Of a stretch of DNA of 64,000 bases, positions 50,442-64,000 are shown piece after piece. The translations under genes were made by a program, and so were the position numbers. Under the pieces are notes generated by a model, which made no database searches, was not told where the DNA came from, and was given only the letters and a program-made list of their open reading frames with translations. Source of the stretch: Octopus sinensis. Lineage: Eukaryota. Location: positions 46,996,001 through 47,060,000 of the forward strand of contig NC_043003.1 of NCBI RefSeq assembly GCF_006345805.1, in the 5' to 3' direction. Position 1 is the stretch's first letter, and the number at the start of each line of letters is the position of its first letter.

Positions 50442-51503
50442 TCAGGCCATCCCATAAGTTCTGTTCGATTTTACCTTTTTTTAAAATTGAATGAAATTTA
50501 ATAGTGTTTTAGAATGTCTAATGGAATTTATTCTTATGAATTTGTACATTTAAACTAATTAAATATTATTTTATAGAATAATAGAATTAAAATTTCTTTG
50601 ATTAAAACACTTTCTAACACGGAAGTATCCAAAGAGCATTTGAGGCACATAATGCTTTATGAGTACAAAAAGAAACTCTGCAGCTGAAGCGACTCGAAAC
50701 ATACACTCAGTTTATAGGAAAGAATGCTTGAATGAAAAAACTTGCAGAAGATGGTTTGCAAAATTCAGAAGTGGAAATTTCAGCCTTGAAGATGAAGATC
50801 GAATAGGACGTCCAGTTGAGTTTGATGATAAGCTCCTTGAGGCATTACTTGAAGAAAATCTTGCATTATCAGTTGAAGAATTGGCAATAAAGCTTAGTTC
50901 AAACCATGCAACTGTTCATCATCATCTTCAACAAGTTGGAAAGGTTCCTAAACTTGGAAAACGGGTGCCTCATGAATTGTCCGAAAGCAACCGCAAATCC
51001 CGAGTTGATATCTGCTCTTCTCTTCATTCTCGCGAATTCATTTCACCCTTTTTGCATAGACTTGAGACTGGTGACGAAAAATGGATCTTCTATCGAAATG
51101 TTAAACGTCGTTAACAGTGGCTTTGTAAAAAGGAAAAACCTCAACTACAACCGAGAAGGGAACTTCATGGGGAAAAAGTTCTCTCTATCTGGTGGGATTG
51201 CAAAGGAGTAATTCACTTTGAATTGTTACCATCTAATGCAAAAATCAATACTCAAGTCTACTGTCAGCAATTAGAACGTTTGAACCAAGCTTTGAAGAAA
51301 AAAAATGTCTCTCTTTAGTGAATCGAAAAGGAACGATGTTTCATCAGGACAATGCGCAACCCCACACTGCAAAGATCACATCACAGAAGATCGAAGAGCT
51401 TGGTTGGGAAAAAATTCCTCATCCACCTTATTCTCCCGACCTTGCTCCTTCAGACTACCATCTGTTTCGTAGTTTACAGAATCATTTGGGGGACATAATT
51501 TTG
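50442..51503 (+). mobile_element. 3'-truncated mariner (DD34D) with a transposase pseudogene at ~50620-51500
   Basis: Left TIR TCAGGCCATCCCATAAGTT after TA. Motifs RWFAKFRSGNFSLEDEDRIGRP, RVPHELS, TGDEKWIFY, WWDCKG, FHQDNAQPH and YSPDLAPSDYHLFRSL. Internal stops and frameshifts; no right TIR seen. Confidence 0.95.
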
Positions 51504-51812
51504 TGACCGTTGGGTTGGGGGTTTCTTTATGCGTTTTTGCTCCAGTGAGAATGGGTGTTAGTGTTTTGGATTGCCTTTTGCTTCTGATAATTTACGCAGC
51601 AGTAGCGATAAATAACGCTAATTGTAAGGTTACATACCGACAACGCTTGGAATAAAGAAATTCAGAAATGTTTGTGTCTAACAGTACTTATATGCGTTTG
51701 CGCGTATTTGTCTACATGTTTGTATATGGAATGTGGTTGCAATTATACGTCATGATTGGAAGATCGACACTTAACTTCCCTATTTTTTTCCGTTATGACA
51801 CTTTAAAAATTG

Positions 51813-51905
<93 letters not shown>

Positions 51906-52065
51906 TAGTAGTAGTAGTAGTAGTAAAATAATCTACTGAAGGCACAAGGCCTCAAATTTGTTGGGAGGAGACTAGTCGATTACATCAACCTCAGTATTTC
52001 ACTGGTACTTAATTTATCGACTCCGAAAGGATGAAAGGCAAAGTCGATGTAAGAATAATAATAAA

Positions 52066-52382
52066 TACCAGGCAGTGGCTCTCATAGCTTCTGATCTTAA
52101 CTGATTGGAAGTGTTATGTCCATTGTTTTGTTCTGGCATAAAAGATGGACTACAGCAAATATTCTGCTCAATATCACAGATTTGTTTATCAGTTGTTTTA
52201 CCTTAACAGGATAGGCTACTCGACCTGAAGAAAATTTATATGAGATCACCATGTCGCGCACATATGGTTGTGATGCACATGCCTGGCGTACCCTTACCAC
52301 ACGGGTAGTCATGATGGGTATACTGGGCTTCGTATATTTTACCCCAGTGTCACTTTGATGGCATGCGCTGCTCTCTCACTCA
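52066..52382 (+). mobile_element. Internally deleted second copy of the 6988-7545 element, inside (TAA)n
   Basis: The 5' ~135 bp and 3' ~145 bp are colinear with the reverse complement of 6988-7545. TAA on both sides. Confidence 0.85.
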
Positions 52383-52394
52383 ATAATAATAATA

Positions 52395-52444
<50 letters not shown>

Positions 52445-52904
52445 AATGATAATAATAATAACTACCAGGTATAAGAACCAACCTGAGTCAAATTAACAAC
52501 AACAATAATGATAATAATAATCCCACGAACATTTACTGTATTACAAGCATCTAAGCAGCTGCGTGACATATATATGGCATGAATGTGGTTCAAGAAAATT
52601 AATACTGCCTAGCTCTGTAGCAAACTGACATGGAGAGGTCAGCTAATAGAATGAAACGAATGCAACACGTTGACATATAACATTCTTCTAATGCTTAATC
52701 TATTTTTAGTGGCGCTCATCATCAAAGCTACTTGAAGATGAGCCATGCCTCATGCGGCCTGCTCCTTGAAATAGGTTGCCCAAGCCTGCTAAACACGGTT
52801 ACTTAGTCTGTTAGGAATAGCAAAGAAATCTCCCTCTAACCGAACTCTAAAGTTCTGGAAAAAAGATAAATAGGTTTACTTAATCCTAAATATATTATAT
52901 ATTT

Positions 52905-53126
52905 CTTTATTGCCCACAAGGGGCTAAACATAGAGAGGACAAACAAGGACAGACAAAGGGATTAAGTTGATTACATCGACCCCAGTGCGAAACTGGTACT
53001 TTTATTTATCGACCCCGAAAGGATGAAAGGCAAAGTCGAATTCGGCGGAATTTGAACTCAGAACGTAACGACAGACGAAATACTGCTAAGCATTCCGCCC
53101 GGCGCGCTAACGTGTCTGCCAGCTCG
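52905..53126 (-). mobile_element. SINE family C, alternative-tail variant
   Basis: Tail TTTGTCTGTCCTTGTTTGTCCTCTCTATGTTTAGCCCCTTGTGGGCAATAAAGAAA. Confidence 0.9.
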
Positions 53127-53284
53127 ATATTATATCCGAAGAAAAAACAGCCATGATGGCCATGGTTAGACTACATTTGATTATAGATTTACTCGATCTG
53201 GACTTGACATTGAACAACATGTGGATGGGCAATATCGTCAGAGCGTCGAACAAAATGCACCCCATATTTATATTTTATTCTTTT

Positions 53285-53650
53285 ATTCTTTTACTTGTTT
53301 CAGCCATTGGCCTGCAGCTACCCTGGGGTACCGCCTTAAAGGCTTTAGTCAAACAAATCCACCATCCATTCCTGTATTTAATTTTTAAACTCTGGTACCT
53401 ATTCTATAGGTATCTTTTACTGAGCCGCTAAGTTACGAGAACGTAAACAAACCAACGTCAGTTGTCAAATGCAGTGGAGAGACAAACACAAAGACGCACA
53501 TGAAGGGCTTCCACACAGTTTCCGTCTACTAAACTCACAAGACATTTGGCCATCCAGGAGATATAGTAGATGACATTCAAAATGCTGTGCAGTGGGACCG
53601 AACCTGAAACCACGCAGTTGCGAAACGAGCTTCTTAACAACACACTCATG
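53285..53650 (-). mobile_element. Old family B SINE
   Basis: Diverged but colinear with the reverse complement of 18212-18603. Confidence 0.75.
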
Positions 53651-54048
53651 CTTCAGTTCAAATCCTGGCATGGTCAGTTTCGCTCTACACCCTTCCAAAG
53701 TGAATGCATTGGTGAACCAGGGAAAGTACTGAGATCGATTAAGTATTACTATAAAGCACCCTAAGAGTGTGTGCACCCGCGTGGGGCGTGTGAGTGTGCG
53801 TTTATATCTGTGTGTCTGTATGTGCGTTTGTGATTATATATATATATATATATGACACTATAGATAGTATCAGAATGAGAGAGTCGAGTTAAAAATGGTT
53901 GTGTCATTTTTTAGAAACTAAAATAAGAAAAATAATAGAAGAGCAAAAGTCGTAATTGATTATGCGCAAGTGAGAGAGAGACTACGTGCGTGATTTTGAA
54001 TGTGTGAGTGATCTACCAGCCTATTTGAGTGCATACGTGTATATATAC

Positions 54049-54120
<72 letters not shown>

Positions 54121-54178
54121 GTATATATATATATATATACACATAGATATATATGTATCTATTGTTTTTATAAGCATG

Positions 54179-54224
<46 letters not shown>

Positions 54225-54974
54225 ATTCTATGTATAACTGTATATATATCTAAATATCTATATGAATACAAATGTATGCATGTGTGGTGTGTGTGTGCGT
54301 GTGTGTGTGCATGTGTGTGAGTGCATGTGTGTGTATGCGTTTGTTTGTTTGTTTGTTTATATATACACCTACACATATGTATTCTTTAAACGCTCCCACC
54401 TGAATATTATCTAAAGTGTACATTTATCACAGTACCTGTGAACCGATTGCTCTGTCTGTTAAACGATTGCTTTGGCCAATCCTTTCAGATTACGTCATAG
54501 CTACAAGACACTTCTTAGTAATCGAGATATGTATTTAGCTGTCCATACTAGTTTTGATTTTTTTTCCTACATATTGCAAAATAGAATATGGCCTTGAAGT
54601 TAAGTTGTTGAATTACTCACCAGTTTGTTGTAAATTCGGGTATTTATATTTCTATTGCGGTCTGTCCCAGAGATCTATTAATTTATCTGCCGAAGTGTGT
54701 ATGACTAAACAGGGTTTTAATACTCACCCACTCCTCCACAGATGATTAGGTAACAAATATCGAACAATAAATAAACCAAGCCTTACATTCTACTAAGGAG
54801 AAAACTTCGGTGTCCAATTTTTAAACGAACTTCTCAGTTTCCTCTTTTTCTCTCTTTTTTTCTTTTTTTTTCGGTGGGGGGGGGTTATTTAAGCTCATTT
54901 TTCGTGTCTGATTTCGAAATTGATAGGAAAATAAAAGAGTTTCCTGTTGTGTGTCAGTTATAGTTTCGCTTTTA

Positions 54975-55165
54975 TATCTTTCATTTGTTTCTATCATTGG
55001 ACTGCAGCTATGCTGGGGCACCGCCTTGAGGGACCCAGTCAAGCAAATCGAGCTCAATACTTACTTTTAAAAGGCTAGTATTTCTATGGGGGGTTTTTTG
55101 CCGAACCCGGACGTAAATAAACCTGCACCAATTATCAAACATTAGTGGGACACACACATACACAC

Positions 55166-55203
<38 letters not shown>

Positions 55204-55570
55204 AACATACACACACATACGTGAAACCATTAATCCCGACATGTCTTTTTCTCTCTCTATTTTTTTCCTCATTCCTTTCTGTCGAAGAGCGTAGACTCGA
55301 AACGTCAACGACTTTTCCATCTTTCCTAAACGTCAAACTAATACACCTGCTGCTTGTTGTTCCTTCACCTGTCTCCGTCTTTTGTTTTCTGTACATTTGA
55401 ACCATGTGTGTGTGTGTGTGTGTGTGTACGAGCTTCCTCTCACTTTCCGTCTACCATATTCACTCACAAGATACTGGCCATACCGCAGCTATATTACAAA
55501 ACATCTGCCCAAGTTGCTTCGCAGTGGTGCTGAAACTGTAACCACGCAGTTGCAAAGCGAGTTTATGAGC
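54975..55570 (-). mobile_element. Family B SINE split by (CA)n and by a hammerhead-like element (copy 3, 55215-55400, + strand)
   Basis: SINE 3' half at 54975-55160 and 5' half at 55430-55570. Motif CTGTCGAA-GAGC-GTAG-ACTC-GAAAC-GTC at 55279-55306. Confidence 0.7.
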
Positions 55571-55720
55571 AAATGAGTAAATAGATCTCGGTCGGTTTCG
55601 ACGGTGAGCATTCCAGTTGTTGAATCAACGAAAGCACCTATGCATTGATTTATAGAGTAAGTAGCAGTGTATTCCACAGTCATTTGTGTGCTTAATGTAA
55701 TCCTGAAACAAAATCAGCAA

Positions 55721-56110
55721 GTGCAAGCGTGGCTCTGTGATAAGACGTTTGCTTCCTAACCACATGGTTCTGAGTTCATTCCCACTGCGCGACTTCTTCG
55801 CAATTATCTTTACTATAACCCTGGGCTGGTCAAAGCCTTGTGAATAGATTTGATTGTTGGAAACTGAAAGAAACCCTGTGTGTGTATGTGTGTATGGGTG
55901 TGTCTGTGTCCTTGTGCTTGTGTTTGTCCCCCACCACCGCTGGACAACCGGTGTTGGTGTGTTTGCGTCACTGTAAACTAACCGTTCAGTAAAAGAGACT
56001 GATAGAATATGGAGCAGGTTTAAAAAAATATATGTCCTGATTTATTCGACTAAAAATTCTTCAAGACGGTGCCCCAGCATGGCCGCAATCTAATGATTAA
56101 AGCAAGTAAA

Positions 56111-56113
<3 letters not shown>
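55721..56113 (+). mobile_element. SINE family B; a second 3' partial copy follows at 56170-56375
   Basis: Colinear with the other family B copies. Confidence 0.85.
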
Positions 56114-56170
<57 letters not shown>

Positions 56171-57189
56171 CTCCTTCATCACCGTTTGGTTTATTTAGGT
56201 TTGGCTCTGGTTTGTTTAGATATCGTAACTTAACGGTTCGGCAAAGATATTGATAGAATAAGTACGAGGCATACAAAAAAATAAATCCTGAGGTCGACTC
56301 GTTTGACTAAAAATCCTTCAAGGCGATGCCCCAGAAAGGCCACAGTCCAATGACTGAAACAAATAAATGATGAAAGGTGACACCATATATGATGAAACTA
56401 AACTGGATCTTTGAAATATAGAAAAGCAAAGAGGTCGACTCGAGCTGGAAGACACTGGTCTTCTATCTCATTCAGTGCAATGTGCTATTAAAAATAAACT
56501 ATTGTGGATAAGATGCCGTTGCAAGTCCAGTAATTCTTATCATCTAACATGCATCTAAAAGCTTCAAGAAACTTCATTACTGTATGGATAGATATGTACT
56601 TTTCTTTGTAGACAATAATATTCCTTGTTCTTTTAGTTTTGAAAGAAACCTTTATCTCCCCAACACTACTCATCATATATAGATAGATAAGTGTGGTCTA
56701 ACATACTTAATGTAATGAGCCGAAAAAACACTTTAACCAGTTCAAATTACAAATCTAATGAGACAAAAACCCATTAATATTACAATCCTTGTCAAGAAGA
56801 ATAAGGGAGAGAACTTTAAATTGCTTAAGAATTAAATGGAGTCAGACAGTGCTGTGAGAATCAAATTTTTATTATGATAGATAACTACTGCAAGCATGTT
56901 TTGGACTTAGTAATTATGGATGTAATTCTAATTAGTTAAAAATTATTTCTTTTTATTCAGGATTTTTTATTTAGATTGATAGCCATTGGTATGTTATATA
57001 TGATTGAATCTACTAGAATGCAAATGATGTTAAAAATACATTATTTTCATAAATAAATTAGTATATAATGTTGTGGTCAATTATATATGAAAGAATATAC
57101 TAAAAGGTAAATAGCATTGAAAATAAATATTTATGAGATGCTACAACAAAATTCTCATTTAATAATATACGGGTAGATATGAATATTGT

Positions 57190-58600
57190 GATGGTGTTGG
57201 TGCCTACGCTGCTGCAGTGCATTGCTGCATTCACCATTTGTCGATATATTCCTGAGTCCTCTCGGGCCCATCGAGCAGAGTACCAGTCAGTCCCCATCTC
57301 CACGAGATACCTCCTCATCTGCAGTGGCCTGGCGGCATATGATCAACCAACGTAAGCGTCAACCCAAACGGATCCTCGGTGAAGAGAACTCGGTAAGCAG
57401 GGTCTAACTCGTAAAATCGACTAGCATGACCAAACAGTTTGAGATGGCACTCCCTAATCATACAAGTAACAAGAGGGGGTCCCAGTTTCTGAGTAGTGTC
57501 GTTAGTTGGATACGACCAATGGTAATCCATAATCCTGTGAAGCATCTTGGAACGAAAGGAGATCGGGTGGCTCCTTAAGGTCAGTGTCGAAGTCTCAGAA
57601 CTACAGAGCAGGGCAGGGAATAACAGAGATCAAAAGACCCTAATTTTTGTCCTCATACACAGATGTCGACAGCGCCAAACACCCTAGCCCGATGAGACTA
57701 CAACTGCACCAGCCCGTTCAAATCTTTTTAGGACTTCAGACTCGCAGCAAATGCTGCTACGAATCTTACTGCCGAGATAAGTGAAGCGGTCAACAACTTC
57801 GATACTCTCACTCTCAACAGCTACAGAGAAGTTTGAGTTCTCCAAGAAGCCAACGAATGACTGCATTGCCTTGACCCAAGAGACTCTAAGGCCAAATGGT
57901 TTCACTTCCTCACTCACTAAAAAGAGAGTGTTCCTTAAGACATCCAGAGACTCAACAAGAAAATCTGCGTCATAAGCAAAATCTAAATCGATAATCCTAG
58001 TTTCACCGATGAGTGTTCCACATTTCAATCATACTACCATTCGGCCAAATATCCAATACATTTAGGCATTGAACAGAGTGAGAGGCAAAACACTACCCTG
58101 ACGTAACCCAGATCTAGTTGGGGGAAAGGCACATGTTAATGTTAAGCACCAATCCGAATTGCACTGACTGTTCCGGTGTACAAGGTCATCATCAGCTCAG
58201 TCAGTTGAGGAAGTAAACTTCGCAGATCCAGAATCCACCACAGTTCATCTCTGTCCACCGAGTCAAAAGTTTTTCGGAGGCCGACATAGGCTGCAAGCAG
58301 CCCCTACTGATAGTTCCGCTTGTATTCAATGAGTACACAAAGAGCCAGGATCTTGTTAGTAGATGATCCCTTTGGCATAAACCCTGACTGCTCCAGCTGC
58401 TAAGACGCAAACAGATGATTTCGCACTGTTCAGGATGACTCTGGCAAAGGCCTTACCGGCTATTGAGAGGAGCGTAACAGCCCCATTATAGTTGCAATCG
58501 TAACGGTCACCTTTACTTTTCCGGAGTGGGATAATTATGCCCCTCTTCCAGTCAGGTGGTGCGATACCGCTGCCCCAGAAGAACAAGACTGCAGTGAACT
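57190..58600 (-). mobile_element. 5'-truncated, decayed RTE-clade LINE (reverse transcriptase region to 3' end)
   Basis: PPDWKRGIIIPLRKSKGDRYDC..Y..VTLLSIAGKAFARVIL, GLRQG-like region, DLDFAYDAD (FADD-like), IEVVDRFTYLGS and LKLFGHASR. Confidence 0.9.
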
Positions 58601-59079
58601 CACCTTTCTTGATCGTCTTTCTCTGGGAATACCACTATGCTTTCAGCACTGGTGAACGTTCAGCCAGTCAGCTATGATTTACCATCCGAAGACGAGTTCC
58701 GTGGGGTAGTAAATCAGCCGAGAGCAGGAAGGCAGCCGGTATTTGACGCATAAGAATGTGATGCCACATAAATATTATACTTTAAAAGTTTATTAAGCTT
58801 GGGGACTGTGGGAGATCTTACAAAAAAGAGTAACTTTGGCTTGATATCTGTGGTTGTCCTGTGTCTGGAGATTAACTTCTAAATTGATAAGGTAGAGATG
58901 TAAGATTAAAAGACTTTAATAGGTGTCTGTGAAAGCGTCAGAACGCTCCGAAACATAATGAACGAGTTTTTAGGTATTCCTTGTGGTTGTTATATTGTAC
59001 AATATAGCAACTTCCTTTTTCAAATTCTGCCGAGGTCGACTTTGCCTTTCATCCTTTCAGGGTCGATAATTAAGTACCA

Positions 59080-59284
59080 ATTTCTTTATTACCCACAAGG
59101 GGCTAAACATGGAGGAGACAAACAAGGTCAGACATAGGTATTAAGTCGATTACATCGACCCCAGTGCTTAACTGGTACTTATTTAATCGACCCCGAAAGG
59201 ATGAAAGGCAAAGTCGACCTCGGCGGAATATGAACTCAGAACGTAGCGGTAGACGTGCTAACGATTCTGCCGGCTCGCCGCCCT
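59080..59284 (-). mobile_element. Family C SINE (alternative tail) inserted antisense into another family C SINE
   Basis: 20-bp direct repeat GGGTCGATAATTAAGTACCA at 59060-59079 and 59285-59304. Confidence 0.9.
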
Positions 59285-59329
59285 GGGTCGATAATTAAGT
59301 ACCAGTTGCGGACTGGGTCGAGCTAATAA

Positions 59330-59700
59330 CTGATGTTTTCCTGTTCGAATGATATATGGCTTGTATTATTCAATTATCATCCAATTTATAGTGAAGTCTA
59401 TGTTGTGATCTTTATGCCACCATACATATTTCAACAACGCTGTTGATGACTTTTTCTCTTTATTTCTGAAGAAGACAGATTGGTCTGCACGTCGTATATT
59501 CAATCTGCCTTCAACCATTCTAGTGTCGGTTTTCCCAGTCTGCTAGTAGAGTTAAACTCCGCTTCGTATATTACAGATTGGTTAGGTGGTAATGTTACTT
59601 TGTTCCTACATGAGTTCGCATGAAATGTGGGTGTTTATGGTTTCTGTGCTAAAACGCTTTTCATGTTAGAGGCGTTAATGTACGTCACTTTGAAGCAGTT
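59330..59700 (-). mobile_element. Penelope-like element GIY-YIG endonuclease relic
   Basis: Minus-strand VIYEAE, MVEGRLNIR and FRNKEKKSSTALLKYVWWHKDHNIDFTINWMIIE..KPY resemble the PLE GIY-YIG tail 'ST.LSKYVW.LK....F.I.W.I'. Confidence 0.75.
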
Positions 59701-59804
59701 TCTATTTAAAATGGCCCTATAACAGTACTGGTTAAGAAATTACTTCTCAATTAACTCTGTATGTGTGAGGTGCGTGTGTGTGTGTGTTTGTGTGTATATA
59801 TAGA

Positions 59805-59805
59805 A

Positions 59806-59853
<48 letters not shown>

Positions 59854-59861
59854 GCATACAC

Positions 59862-59915
<54 letters not shown>

Positions 59916-59991
59916 TATATATATTATATATATGTATATATGTATTATATTATATATATATATATATTAATATATGTAATATATATGTGTA

Positions 59992-60067
<76 letters not shown>

Positions 60068-60130
60068 ACATATATATGTATGTATATATATGTATATATA
60101 TATGTATGTATATATGTATATATATTATAT
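59805..60130. repeat. Long (TA)n-rich compound microsatellite (one of many)
   Basis: Directly visible. Similar tracts at 1165-1235, 1585-1650, 2640-2810, 35110-35350, 54040-54230 and 61465-61700. Confidence 0.95.
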
Positions 60131-61473
60131 TATTCGTACCTCCTTTTTTTCCTATGTTAAAAACCGATGTTTCACTTGCACAAATTCATTAAAGTCATAC
60201 ACCCACCTCATAAAATGGAAGTTTTGTGATGTCTGTGTGTTTCTTTGGTTGTTGTTTTTTGTTTTTGTTTCTGTTTTGTTTGCTTGTTTGTTTTTGCAAT
60301 TCTATCAACATTTATTTCCATTATGAATGTTAAGTTTGCAATATGTGTAAATTTGAAGGAAACTTGGCAACAATCTTTGGTAAACAACAAAAAAATACTA
60401 AAAAGGAAACATGCTAGAGTTTTAATAGAAACTTCAAACGTAAATAAACCGCATCAGTAAACTTCATTGGATGATGTGTGTAGTTTCCGCAAGAATAACA
60501 TCGGTATTCGCAGGGGTGGGGAAAGGTGAGTCAGGAAACAGTGTGAGTGAAACAGAGAGAGAGAGGAGGAGAAAGAGGGAGAGAGAGAGAGAGATAAAGG
60601 GTGATTAATAAATGAGATAGAGACATAATAAAAAGGAGAGATTGTGCAAGACAGGAAATAGAGAGAAAAAAGATTGGCAGGGAGAGACAGATTAAGATAT
60701 ACAGAAAATAAAGAATATAAAAACGGCGAGAGAGGACGAAAGGAGAGAATCCAAATACATCTACCACCTACACAAAAGAGAATGCTTCCAATTCTTCAAT
60801 ATAGTAATTGTGACATTCTGCCATCCTTTGCTTCAAGCCCGAAATTCTGCGTTTTGATTAATATAAATGCCTACACATACACGCATGCGCACGACCATCC
60901 TGCTTTTGCTTTATTTTTTATTTCTACAGACATGATGTATATCGGACCACATTAACAACTGTGCTTTTGCTTCTTTTTTTAAAAAAAAATGTAATGATAA
61001 TCGGACAACGATATCTAGGAAGAAGACTATCACATATAGGTCTCCAGATTTCCTTGTTGGCTTGTGGGCGATCCCCAGTGCTGTAGAGATGATGATGCAG
61101 TGGCGTACGGAAAATTGTCTAACAACACACTCTCCCTTCTACATATAAAGACTATCGGACAGAACTACAAACGTAAAGGGATAGATGATATATCTGTAAA
61201 TCCATAAATATCCTTCCAGTTTTATATAAATATTAAAAAGAAACATAGGCTAATTATATTGCATTATGTACATATGTTTATATATGCATATTCATGTATA
61301 GACATTCTTACTTTTTAGGGTTATCTCTACAGATTTTCTATAGAAATTATATATACATACATATATATGCGAATGTATATGCGTATATATATATGTGTAT
61401 ATATGCATATCTATCTGAGTGTGTATATCTATCTGTCTATCTATCTATCTATCTATCTATCTATATATATATA

Positions 61474-61514
<41 letters not shown>

Positions 61515-61552
61515 GTATATATATTATATATATATAATGTATATATATATGT

Positions 61553-61583
<31 letters not shown>

Positions 61584-62163
61584 CATATATATTATATATA
61601 CATGCATGTATATGTATACATACAAACATACATACATGTATATATATATATGAATATATATATTTATACATATATATACATACACATACATACATGTATA
61701 TGTGTGTGTGTGTGGCATTATTCAAAAGCTAAATCAATGCAAAAGCGCATTGTAACCAGCAATGTTTAACAACATCCGTTAATCTGATCGATCGCATGAT
61801 CACGATGTGTGTGTGTGTGTGTGTCTGTGTGTATGCGTATGACACAATCAGATACTCAGTTGCATTGAAACGTGTTATTATATACACACACAGCAGTAGT
61901 ACAGAAACGGCGGAAGCCTCACCGTGTAGTTTTGTACATGCGAGAATGTCAGAAAGAATTAACTGAATATCACTAATAGAAATATTTGACTTGAAATATT
62001 AAAGATCACCACTGAAATATTTTGGCTTGCCATTTAAGTGTTTTTTAAGCATAAACTTTTAGGACGTATGTTTTAGCTAGAAGCTACATAGTTGAATCTC
62101 ATCCACCCACACGCACAATTCACACACACACACAAATATGCGTGCCCACATACACATATACAA

Positions 62164-62228
<65 letters not shown>

Positions 62229-62963
62229 TATATACATACACGCACACACACATGCAAGTACAGACATAAGATCATCCAAACTCATAATATGATACTTAAA
62301 AAATGCCTAACCTGATCTTAAAAGCCACTTGTTTCCCTAGTTAACTTCTGATAAAATCGCGAATTATGGTCACAGGCATGTCCATTTGGTTAAAAAGTTC
62401 GTGAGTTCGAACCCACTGCGCGGACCATAGGCAAATGACTTGTACTACAGTCCAGCGATGTCCCATGACTGTGAGCAAAATTGCGGGAAACAGAAACCAT
62501 ACGGAGTCAGATCAGAAGGACCGTACACGTTCTTGATTGAGAGATTTATTCTTACCACCTTAACACAACCACGGAGCCGTTTGGTACCTAGTTAAAACCG
62601 TCCTTTTTCACCACCCGTCCTGAAGGCCTTGCAAAAAGATCATAGGCGTTGTCTATCAGTGCAGTCTAAATAACATTATAGACCAGACAATGGTAACCTT
62701 TTTCAAAAAGCGGGCCGCATAAGATTTTAGTGAATATCAATAATTTTCAGGCTGTGCCATCAAATTTTGCTCTGTTCATGCATCGTGAATGTGTGTACGA
62801 CCAATGATACAGCTTATATGTGTGCTACATCTTGTTTCAAGAAAACAAAATCCCCTAAACTAGGTAAGATGTTCAGATACAGTATTGTTTGAGTACATAT
62901 ATTTTGCTCATTATACTGTTATAGCTCTTAAGCACATTTAGCTGTCAACATTAATACATGTAA

Positions 62964-63258
62964 TGGAGGCGCAATGGCCCTGTGGTTGGGGCAGCGGACT
63001 CGCGGTCGGAGGATCGCGGTTTCGATTCCCAGACCGGGCGTTGTGTGTGTTTATTGAGCGAAAACACCTGAAGCTCCACGAGCCTCCGGCAAGAGGGAGT
63101 GGCGACCCTGTTGTATTCTTTCGCCCCAACTTTCTTTCACTCTCTTTCTTCCTGTTTCTTGAGAAACGCTGCGATGGACTAGCGTCCCGTCCAGCTAGGG
63201 GGAACACATACTCCACAGAAACCGGGAAACCGGGCCCATGAGACTGGCTAGGGTTGAA
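62964..63258 (+). mobile_element. SINE family A, variant iii
   Basis: Head GGAGGCGCAATGGCCCTGTGGTTGGGGCAGCGGACTCGCGGTC, V-like GCTGCGATGGACTAGCGTCCCGTCCAG; ends in (GA)n. Confidence 0.9.
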
Positions 63259-63921
63259 GTGAGAGAGAGAGAGAGAGAGAGAGAGCAAAAGACAGAGAAA
63301 GAAAGAGGGAGATAGATCTCACATAAATAATAAATACATGTATGTATGCATATATGTATGTGTTGATGATCTGTAGGGACACCGTATTTCGTTGCGTAAC
63401 CATAATACGCTACAAAGTACATTAAGCGCTATTATAAGTCAATAATGTATTCTACTGTGTTAGCAGTGCCATTATATCACTTATTAAGATTATCCCTGCA
63501 GGATTTTCTACAGAAATTGTAGCCCAGGCTATAATTTCTTGCAGTAATTCTCTATGCATCTCATATGAGCGTTATAAGGCATTTAAAAACACTTGAAAAC
63601 GTGAATCGTTATGATGTTAGAGTGTATCATAATTTAATAAGAAAAAATTTAAAGGATTGCATTTTCACCTGTTGAAAGGCAAATACATATTTCGGGACAC
63701 TTCATTTCATATTACTCCAGTACACTCAGCTGTAAATAGATAACCTTGAGACGAACTGGCCTTCCGATCAAGAATCTTGGCCTCTCGCATAGTCAGTGGG
63801 GTAGCTTCATTCGAAAACTAAAACGATGCAAAGCGTGTCGTGACCAGCAATGTATAACAACGTCCGGTAGTTTGGTCGATCACGTGATCACGTGCTTTCT
63901 TTACATATATATATATATATA

Positions 63922-64000
63922 TACGTGGCTGTGTGGTAAGAAGCATGCTTACTAACCACATGTTCCAGGTTCAGTCCCACTGCGTGGCACCTTCGGCAAG
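63922..64000 (+). mobile_element. Family B SINE head, cut by the window end
   Basis: CGTGGCTGTGTGGTAAGAAGCATGCTTACTAACCACATG...GTTCAGTCCCACTGCGTGGCACC. Confidence 0.85.

Noticed and set aside
60494-60531. Perfect + strand donor GAAAG|GTGAGT (also CTAG|GTAAGA at ~62863)
   Set aside because: The upstream acceptors are weak or give tiny non-informative exons, and such hits are expected by chance.
62680-62780. AACCTTTTTCAAAAAGCGGGCCGCAT resembling a hAT-type terminus
   Set aside because: No matching second terminus or 8-bp TSD found.

Overview
AT-rich eukaryotic DNA that looks intergenic or intronic. I recognise no intact host protein-coding gene, rRNA, tRNA gene or CRISPR array. The repeat make-up (dense AT/TACA/TAA/CT/GT microsatellites, tRNA-headed SINEs with Nin/Deu-, CORE-, Meta- and V-like central domains, Tc1/mariner, RTE, R4/Dong-type and Penelope relics) looks like a coleoid cephalopod, probably Octopus; this is inference. 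Nearly all long ORFs in the track are translations of microsatellites or of SINEs. Supported features are a full-length decayed Tc1 (2849-4130), three mariner relics, a DD37D (maT-like) relic, a Helitron relic, two RTE relics, a Penelope GIY-YIG relic, a TTAA-flanked MITE, several REL-endonuclease LINE 3' ends and about 40 SINE copies or fragments from three families. The most interesting signals are: (1) REL-LINE 3' ends stacked in one orientation inside (TACA)n arrays, with a parallel set, including an apparently non-autonomous ~560-bp element, inside (TAA)n arrays, which suggests two microsatellite-targeting retroelement systems; (2) a three-copy short element carrying a minimal dimer-type hammerhead-like fold; (3) a 280-bp locally templated insertion with a 10-bp TSD; (4) a SINE family with three interchangeable 3' modules; (5) an inverted pair of diverged paralogous segments, one with an acceptor and a short ORF, inside a 1.34-kb tandem duplication that is probably an assembly artefact. 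All alignments and folds were done by eye, and boundaries are approximate unless a TSD or TIR is quoted.
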